Assembly: GCA_013239625.1 (NCBI GenBank)
Contig: MU054391.1
Coordinates: 8,589,095-8,653,094, forward strand
Direction: 5' to 3'
Length of the DNA stretch: 64,000 nt
Source: Lama guanicoe
Lineage: Eukaryota
Made by a program: the position numbers and the translations under genes. This document shows positions 57,569 through 64,000 of the stretch, piece by piece. Numbering within the stretch: position 1 is the stretch's first letter; every line of letters starts with the position of its first letter. The notes beneath the pieces were generated by a model, which was not told the DNA's origin, ran no database searches, and worked only from the letters and a program-made list of their open reading frames with translations.

Positions 57569-57834
57569 CAGTTTTTTGGTGGTGGGGTGGAGATTGGTTC
57601 CTTACATTAAATGACATAGTATTTGTGTATTACTTATCCTTTTGCATATTTTAAATCATCCTTAGATTACATACATTACCTAATACAATATGAGTGAAAT
57701 TATGTAAACAGTTGCCGGAACCAGGCAAATTCAAATTTTACTCTTTGGAATTTTCTGGAATTTTTTAAAATAATTTTTGTCTGTGGTTGATTAAATCCAC
57801 AGGGAAGGAACCTGTGGACATGAAGGGCTGACTG
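57569..57834. mobile_element. Tigger2/MER8-type DNA transposon
   Basis: CAGTT...GATTGGTTC start and GGTTGATTAAATCCAC...GGAACCTGTGGACATGAAGGGCTGACTG end. Confidence 0.7.
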
Positions 57835-59891
57835 TGTAACTTTCTTGCATTAATTTCAAATCTGTTTAAGATCGTGATAAACAGTTGTTTCACATTATCC
57901 ACATTAATGTGTCAGAGTCAATCCAAAGATTCCCTACATTAAGATAAAACAAAGAACCCAGGTAAGTTACCTTCAGTTTCAGACAGGGAAGGAAATGAGA
58001 TGGACAGATACTATGTAGTTGTATGAGCCTAGCACTGAATTCGGTTCCATTTTTCCCAATAAGCAATTACCCAAGGCTAACTTAGGGAAACACTGTTGGC
58101 CATCATAAACAACACAGGAAAACAATGAGGAAATGGAGACGTTAAGAACCGACGTAAAGTCATCCAGCTATTAATCAGGGTGACTAGAATTGCATACTAT
58201 TCTTCTATATTTGATTTCACTTGGTACAGAGGTTATTCTTAGTTTCATATTGCATTTCATATTTTAGCAAAGATCCAATGTGCCCTTGGATTTTAAAGGA
58301 ACTATCTGCACATGGCATAATTTTTTTTTAATTTAAATAACCATACTTAGAGGACCCATGCTATCATTTTCTTTTCTATAACACTCCTTTAGGTACAAGA
58401 ACTTTTTTTAAACTGTGAAATTATTAAAGAAGATAAAGTGAGAAGCAAGCATTTTAATAATATGAAGCTTCATCATAATATACTTCAGATATTAAAAGCA
58501 GAGATCATAAAATTAAAGATTTTGATAAGATTAAGACTAACTAAACCCAAAATTTAAACTCCATGATCACTGGGGATTACTTACAGGGGTGGTAATGTTT
58601 CTGTGTAATGATACTTTTTTAATAAAACATACTGGAAAAGTCACAGTTTTCAAGCATACATGTTACTGGTGGGAATAATAGTAAGGCTTTGACTGTATTT
58701 TTATTTTTCTTTGAAGGTCTCCAGCACTAAAATCTCATTTAAAAGTAATAGGCAAAAAGAAATAACAATGCACTTGTAATTAAAAGCCTGATTCAGTTTA
58801 TCTCATTTTTGGACAAGCAAATTATCTTTTATGGTGGTTAAACTCCTTCACAGCAAAATATTTCTCCCACTTTGTCAGATAAGGCCAGCCTCCACCTGTG
58901 AGCCTGCGGGACCGCTGTGCATGCACAGAGGGGATGCAACGTCTCTGGAGAAGTCACTTTAAAGGCCTTTATTGATACCCAAATCAGACTTATCTGTTTG
59001 ACATTCATAAGGAAGTTTAGAGGGAAAAAAAAAAAAAACCCAACATTTGGATTAGCTCTATGTAACATTATAGTCTAGATGATAATGCAGCTCCACAAAT
59101 GTGTCTTGGCAGTGCCTGCAACCATTCAGGTCAGATGTATTAAATTACTTATGGGCAATTTGAGAACTTTGAATACTGTAATACATAACCGTGATTAGTT
59201 TAACCTAGGAAACCTCATCACTAAAACAATCAGCCTTTATGAGCACACTGCGTATGTAAGGGCTCTCACGTCTGCTTTAGGAATCCTATTAGTTGGTTGG
59301 CTTGTATTGTATTGACTTACTATACTCTCTTCTTCCTATGTATTAATTTTCAATGTGCCAGCAATTATATTTTTATCACTCTTCTATGGTAAATATAAAG
59401 TGTTATAGTTGGTACTTCTGTTTATTTACTTCCTTGGACTTTTATTTCTTCAACATGGAAAGGATATAAAATATGGGAACAGAAGAATTGGATTTGATTT
59501 GTACTCGGTTTAGTGACTGTGAGTAGGTCTGTAACTTTTCTCAACACATTCCTCTCAACTATAAAATGAGACTAACGTATAATTCATAGACTTTTCTAAT
59601 AACTGTAAAAACAAATGTGAAAGGATGCTATAAATCAGAAAATATTTTGTATTAACTATTGAATAGATTTGTATATACTTAGCCATCTTCTCAAGAATGA
59701 GTGGACCAAGGACATAAACCCTAAAGCTGTGGCTTAATATGGCTGTACCATTCTCCATGTTTGACTTCACAAATCCCGTAGTTTTAAGAACATAAAAAGC
59801 GATTATGGAATGCACTATTGCCTGCTAAGTATGGGCCCTGGACTCTCAAAAGTTACTTAATCAGAGCCTTTCACACGTTGGCTACTTAAAT

Positions 59892-59897
59892 TTTATT
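59892..59897 (-). terminator. Candidate poly(A) signal for the U2AF1 retrocopy
   Basis: First AATAAA seen on the minus strand downstream of the stop codon (about 280 nt); followed by a CA and then GTGTG; use is unproven. Confidence 0.3.
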
Positions 59898-60000
59898 TAG
59901 CTTTTTAAAGAGATCCCTGGTCTCTTTTTAACTCATTAGTCTCACAGGTGAAAAATAAAAAGAACAATGTGACATCATTCAAAAGACGAAAGAAAGATAC

Positions 60001-60126
60001 AAAAACATGCTGCTCGCCACCTCAACACTGGCTGATTCAGTAGGTCTGTGGTGCGATCTGAGAATCAACAGTTCTAACAAATTTCCTGGTGATGCTGATC
60101 TGGATACCACAGTTGGAGAACTACAG
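60001..60126 (-). mobile_element. MER5A-like hAT-Charlie DNA transposon fragment
   Basis: CTGATTCAGTAGGTCTG...TTCTAACAAATTTCCTGGTGATGCTGAT...ACCACAGTTGGAGAACTACAG. Confidence 0.8.
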
Positions 60127-60179
60127 TCTTGGGCCAGTCACGACTTGCCTCCAGCAGACATTCGTAAAAACGGCATGGC

Positions 60180-60893
60180 TCAGAACCGCCCGGATCTCTC
60201 CCGATCTCTCGACCGCCTCCAGTCGCGCTCCCATCCGCCGCCGCCGCAGCCGCCTCCGCCTCGACCGCGGTCTCTCGACCGAGAGCGACGCTCCTGGGAC
60301 CGGGACCTCGACCTACGCTTCTTGCGACGTTGCTCGTACAACTCCCGCCGCAGCTCCCGAGAAATGGGCTTCAGATGCATGAAGTTGCAGAAGCCTCCTC
60401 GCGAGCACTCTCCCATCTCGTACTGCCGGCAGCAGGCTTCTCTGAAGTCGGTCACAGGGGAGAGCTCGGCATGGATAGGCTGCCCGTTAAGCCAGCGGTT
60501 GTTCAAGTCAATCACGGCCTTTTCTGCATCCCCTTCACGGCGAAACTTCACGTACACATTCCCAACGAGGTGGTCTCCAAGGTTGTCACAGACGTTCATC
60601 TCCTCCACCTCCCCGTACTTCTCCTCCATCTCCGTGAAAACCTCCTCAAAAAACTCATCATAGTGCTCCTGCATCTCGACATCGCTCACGGCACAGTGTG
60701 AGCCGCCAGCCGTCTGTGCACTGTTTTGGGGATTACGATAGATGTTTTGAATCAAGATGGTCTGGCTAAAGTTCGGTTTGTTGTGCAGCCGAGAGCATCT
60801 GTCTCCATGGCGACACGCTCCGATCTTGAAATAAAATGAGCAGTTGACTTTGTCTTTCTCGGTGCCGAAGATGGAGGCCAAGTACTCCGCCAT
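60180..60893 (-). CDS. U2AF1: Intronless retrocopy of splicing factor U2AF 35 kDa subunit (isoform b); intact 237-aa ORF (retrogene or young processed pseudogene)
   Basis: Translation is nearly identical to U2AF35: CCCH ZnF1, UHM, CCCH ZnF2, RS/Gly tail ending ERSGRF. No introns. U2AF1-like 5'UTR (about 60894-60950) and start of 3'UTR (GCCATGCC.TTTTTAC) flank the ORF. About 11 substitutions versus recalled human isoform b. Confidence 0.93.
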   Translation of the reverse strand: MAEYLASIFGTEKDKVNCSFYFKIGACRHGDRCSRLHNKPNFSQTILIQNIYRNPQNSAQTAGGSHCAVSDVEMQEHYDEFFEEVFTEMEEKYGEVEEMNVCDNLGDHLVGNVYVKFRREGDAEKAVIDLNNRWLNGQPIHAELSPVTDFREACCRQYEMGECSRGGFCNFMHLKPISRELRRELYEQRRKKRRSRSRSQERRSRSRDRGRGGGGCGGGGWERDWRRSRDRERSGRF

Positions 60894-61180
60894 TCCCCAC
60901 CGGCCACCGCCGACACTGCTGCCAACACCGACGGCCTGACGCCCGCGGAATCCAATCTCTTTTTCCTCTTACCTATAAAGGAACAATTTGAAGATAATTC
61001 CTAAAACTTTAAGCCCCACTCACCATTCTGGTTGGTTGACTGAGGCTCTGTCCGATTGTTGCGGAAAAATGTGTTATAGCTCAGTTGGGACAGCTACCTG
61101 GATCCAGGCGAGAGACCACACAGCACTGGAGTTGGAGCACTCAGGAAGCTCTGGACCCCGTCTGTAGGTTTACACACGCC

Positions 61181-61515
61181 TTTTATAGGCTGCCAGTTTT
61201 ACACTTTGCAACATCATATGCAAATAAAGTACAACAGAAGTCAACCAATCAGGGAACAAGCTTTGTAGAACTAGCCCGATTCAATCAGGAGTGCGCTCCA
61301 TGCAAATGAAGTACTACAAATGGAAAAATCAGAAGTTAGGGAAGTGGACCAATCAGAAGTGAGATTAATAACCAATCAGGAGTGAGAGTCATAGCCAATC
61401 AGGAGTGAGAGTAATAACCAATCAGGAGTGAGAGTAATAACCAATCAGGAGTGAGAGTAATAACCAATCAGGAGTGAGATTAATAACCAATCAGGAGTCA
61501 ACTCAGGGAGCCAAT
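61181..61515 (-). promoter_or_regulatory. LTR U3 promoter: TATA box, two octamer motifs, nine CCAAT boxes
   Basis: Minus-strand TATAAAA at 61181-61187; ATGCAAAT at 61218-61225 and 61300-61307; CCAAT at 61245, 61349, 61372, 61395, 61418, 61441, 61464, 61487 and 61511. Confidence 0.7.
61349..61498. repeat. 23-bp tandem repeat CCAATCAGGAGTGAGAGTAATAA, about 6.5 copies
   Basis: Exact 23-bp period of the CCAAT cores. Confidence 0.95.
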
Positions 61516-63229
61516 AGAATTCTAGGTGTAAGTTAGCCGCTTTAGAGGCAAAAAGTGAGATAAAGCCTCTGGGCCAGGGAACTGGACGGTGCTAAAAGGA
61601 GAGCAGCGGTCCTGCCTAGGGGTCCTGCCGGTCTTTTTATGGGGCTTCCCGCCTCACGATCAACAGGGAGCTTGGTGTACTGCATTATTCTTCCAACCAA
61701 ATACTTTTGTCTCTTAAAGGAGCCACAGGGTTTGGGGCAGAGAGTATCCTTCCTCCCTGCTTTCCTCCTTCCTCATCTCCTTCCTCTGGCCCAGAATAGC
61801 CAAAACAATAGGACACAAACAGCACATACTGAAATGACTTTTAATATCTCACGTCACAGCAAAATTAAAAATATACAAAAAAAAAGACAAAAGAAAAATA
61901 GTATTTCAAAACATATAGAACTTTTGAACTTTTAGTCACTCTTCTAAAAACTCCAATCCCTAGCACCAAGACTCAAGTTAGTCTTTATCCCAAACGACAG
62001 CCTTTGGGAAGGAGATGCAAAGATGGAGGGGAAATTCCTTTATCTCCCTTATAGGTAGGTAATTGTTCGTGGCAATCCCCCGTATTTTCTTATTCTGTTA
62101 CTCTGTAGAGTTAAACAATCAGTTCAGTTGTCAGTGAGAACTATTAATAACTCTCTAGAAGGAGGAACTCATAAAAGAATCAGAACACTTTACCTTTTTA
62201 AGTTCACATTTTAAACCTTACAGTTGACCCTTTGTAACCTCCTAGGATTAATGACATACTAAGGCTCATGGTTTCTTATAATTATCTGTTTAATGTTGTC
62301 TCCGGAAATCACCTCAATGTGTAGGACTATTATTCCAGTTACATTTTCCCCAAAGCCAATTCACACATTGAGATACGGACCCTCTTCTTTCCCATTTTTT
62401 ACCTTAATGTTATCCAACTCAGTGGTTGTACCAAAACATGCTCATCGAACAATAATTAAGCAAGAATTTAGTTAATCCAAAACCTAGAATATCCTGCAAT
62501 ATAAAATATCTTCCAATTATCTCCCAGATATTAAAATATAAACTGCACCCCATGCACTCTCAATTTGTTTATGTGTTCCCATGTGAAAAGTTTGAGTCCC
62601 TCAAAGTTTAAAGCATAGTTTTTTATTGTTTTTTTTGTTTTATTCTGGTCAGTCTTAGCCAGAATAGTCTTAGAATTCTGGTTGGATACATAGGAGGATG
62701 TAAATTATGTAGCCTTCTAGAGCCTCTCAATTTTATGTCTGCATTAAGTCTTATCTCTGTAGGTCTCTGTAGTAGTGTGAAGTCGGAAATCAGATAGAAG
62801 CAGAGATAATGAAAGAAATTTGCAAAGCTTGACACCAATGTAATCAAAATGTCTATGAAAACTGCTAAATAGTTGTTATTGACAGCTGTAACAATTCTTC
62901 CCATCTGCAAAATCGAATTCACTGTTAGCAAAGCTCTTTCACATGTGCATGAATCTTTGAGGTTAGATAAAATGGGTTGTTATGACTACTTCATGCCAGG
63001 AAAAATCTGAGAGCACAAGATGGCAAATGTGTGCCAGAGGAAATAAAAGGCAGTTCAGATGAGTTCAAAATTCAAAACAAAGGCCACTGCGCATTCCTCA
63101 AGACTAATAACAAAACAGGTCTGCTCCACAAAGGGTCTAGTTCCTTGTGAGTAAAACTGTCCAATGGAAATGGGCAACACAACACAGCACAGCGGGAAGT
63201 GTGGTGGCCCTGGCTATACAGATCTGGGT

Positions 63230-63795
63230 CCTTATTACTGCATGACAACCACACCAAACTTAGCGACGTATTCAAACAACCACCATTCTATTATGCTACA
63301 GATTCTGTGGGGCAGCCATTTGGAAAGGGCACAGACAGAATGGCTTGTCTCTGCTTCGTCACTTCTGAGCATCTCCTGGGAAGGCTAGGGTGACTTAATG
63401 TCAGGGCCTGGCTTACCTGACGGTTCCCTCTCTTATAGGTCTAATCATTGATGCCAGCTTCAATTGAGACGGTTGGCGGGATCTCTTCTCGTAGCTGCTT
63501 GGCGTTGCTTACCACGTGATTGCTGGATCCCAAGGGTGAGTGATCCAACAGAACACGTTGGAAGTGTATGGCACTCTTATGGTCCAAACTCAGACATCAT
63601 GTACCATTAATTCTCCTGTTTTATGTTAGTTGAGACACTCACAAGACTCTGCCTAGTTTCAAGGGTAGGGGACATAGACTCCATATTTTTAGGCCCCATT
63701 ATTTGATGAAAAAAAAGTGTCAAGGTCACAGCATAAGACAAGCATGTGGGATGGAGAATATCACTGTAGCCACTTGGGAAATAAATTTTGCCATG
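63230..63795 (-). mobile_element. MaLR LTR (MLT1F/G-like)
   Basis: ACAACCACACCAAACTTAG...ACAGATTCTGTGGGGCAG...GGGCACAG...ATGGCTTGTCTCTGCT...GGGGACATAGACTCCA. Confidence 0.75.
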
Positions 63796-64000
63796 ATCCA
63801 TCTGTCTGTGTCACCATCCCCCTGGCCGTAACGTATGTCTTCACTATTTCTTTGCTTCTTCACATCTGTAAACGGTATTCTTCTCAGTGGATTCCTTTAG
63901 GTACCGATCGGTTCCTTTTTAGAAATTCTCTGTTTACAAACACTGTTCACCTCCCCTCCGACTTCTATACTGCTCTTTTCTTCAAATCATATACTATGAA

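Larger units (their letters stand above)
61057..61656 (-). mobile_element. ERV1-class solo LTR (600 bp, MER51-like)
   Basis: Minus strand reads TGAGGCGGGA...TTCCGCAACA; perfect 4-bp TSD CGAT at 61053-61056 and 61657-61660; ACTTCATTTGCATG and CTGATTGG motifs typical of MER51-like U3. Confidence 0.88.

Noticed and set aside
289..59815. Remaining 60-117 aa ORFs in the track
   Set aside because: Short, many with non-ATG starts, many within decayed repeats; no recognisable protein homology or exon chain
60007..60663. 218-aa plus-strand ORF (and overlapping ORFs 60089-60382, 60330-60701)
   Set aside because: Antisense shadow of the GC-rich U2AF1 coding sequence, starting in MER5A; no independent evidence
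60180..60893. Identity as the parental U2AF1 gene or as U2AF1L4/ZRSR
   Set aside because: Parental U2AF1 is multi-exon; U2AF1L4 lacks this RS/Gly tail; ZRSR proteins are longer and divergent
61349..61498. CRISPR-like array
   Set aside because: Head-to-tail tandem repeat without unique spacers, inside a mammalian LTR

Overview
Mammalian genomic DNA, AT-rich and dominated by interspersed repeats (L1, L2, MIR, MaLR/MLT1, ERV1 solo LTRs, Tigger/MER DNA transposons). The young L1 3' ends suggest a cetartiodactyl, probably a camelid (inference). No spliced host-gene exons could be supported. The only credible coding sequence is an intronless, uninterrupted retrocopy of U2AF1 (60180-60893, minus strand, 237 aa) derived from the minor isoform-b mRNA. 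About 105 bp upstream of its copied 5'UTR, on the same strand, lies a 600-bp ERV1-type solo LTR with a perfect 4-bp target-site duplication (TSD). This LTR carries a TATA box, two octamer motifs and a 23-bp CCAAT tandem array, and has no canonical sense-strand poly(A) signal. A downstream AATAAA completes a candidate LTR-driven splicing-factor retrogene, which carries an F135L change in the UHM RXF motif. A young, drifting processed pseudogene remains a real alternative. Repeat family names come from recalled consensus motifs, and most old-repeat boundaries are approximate.
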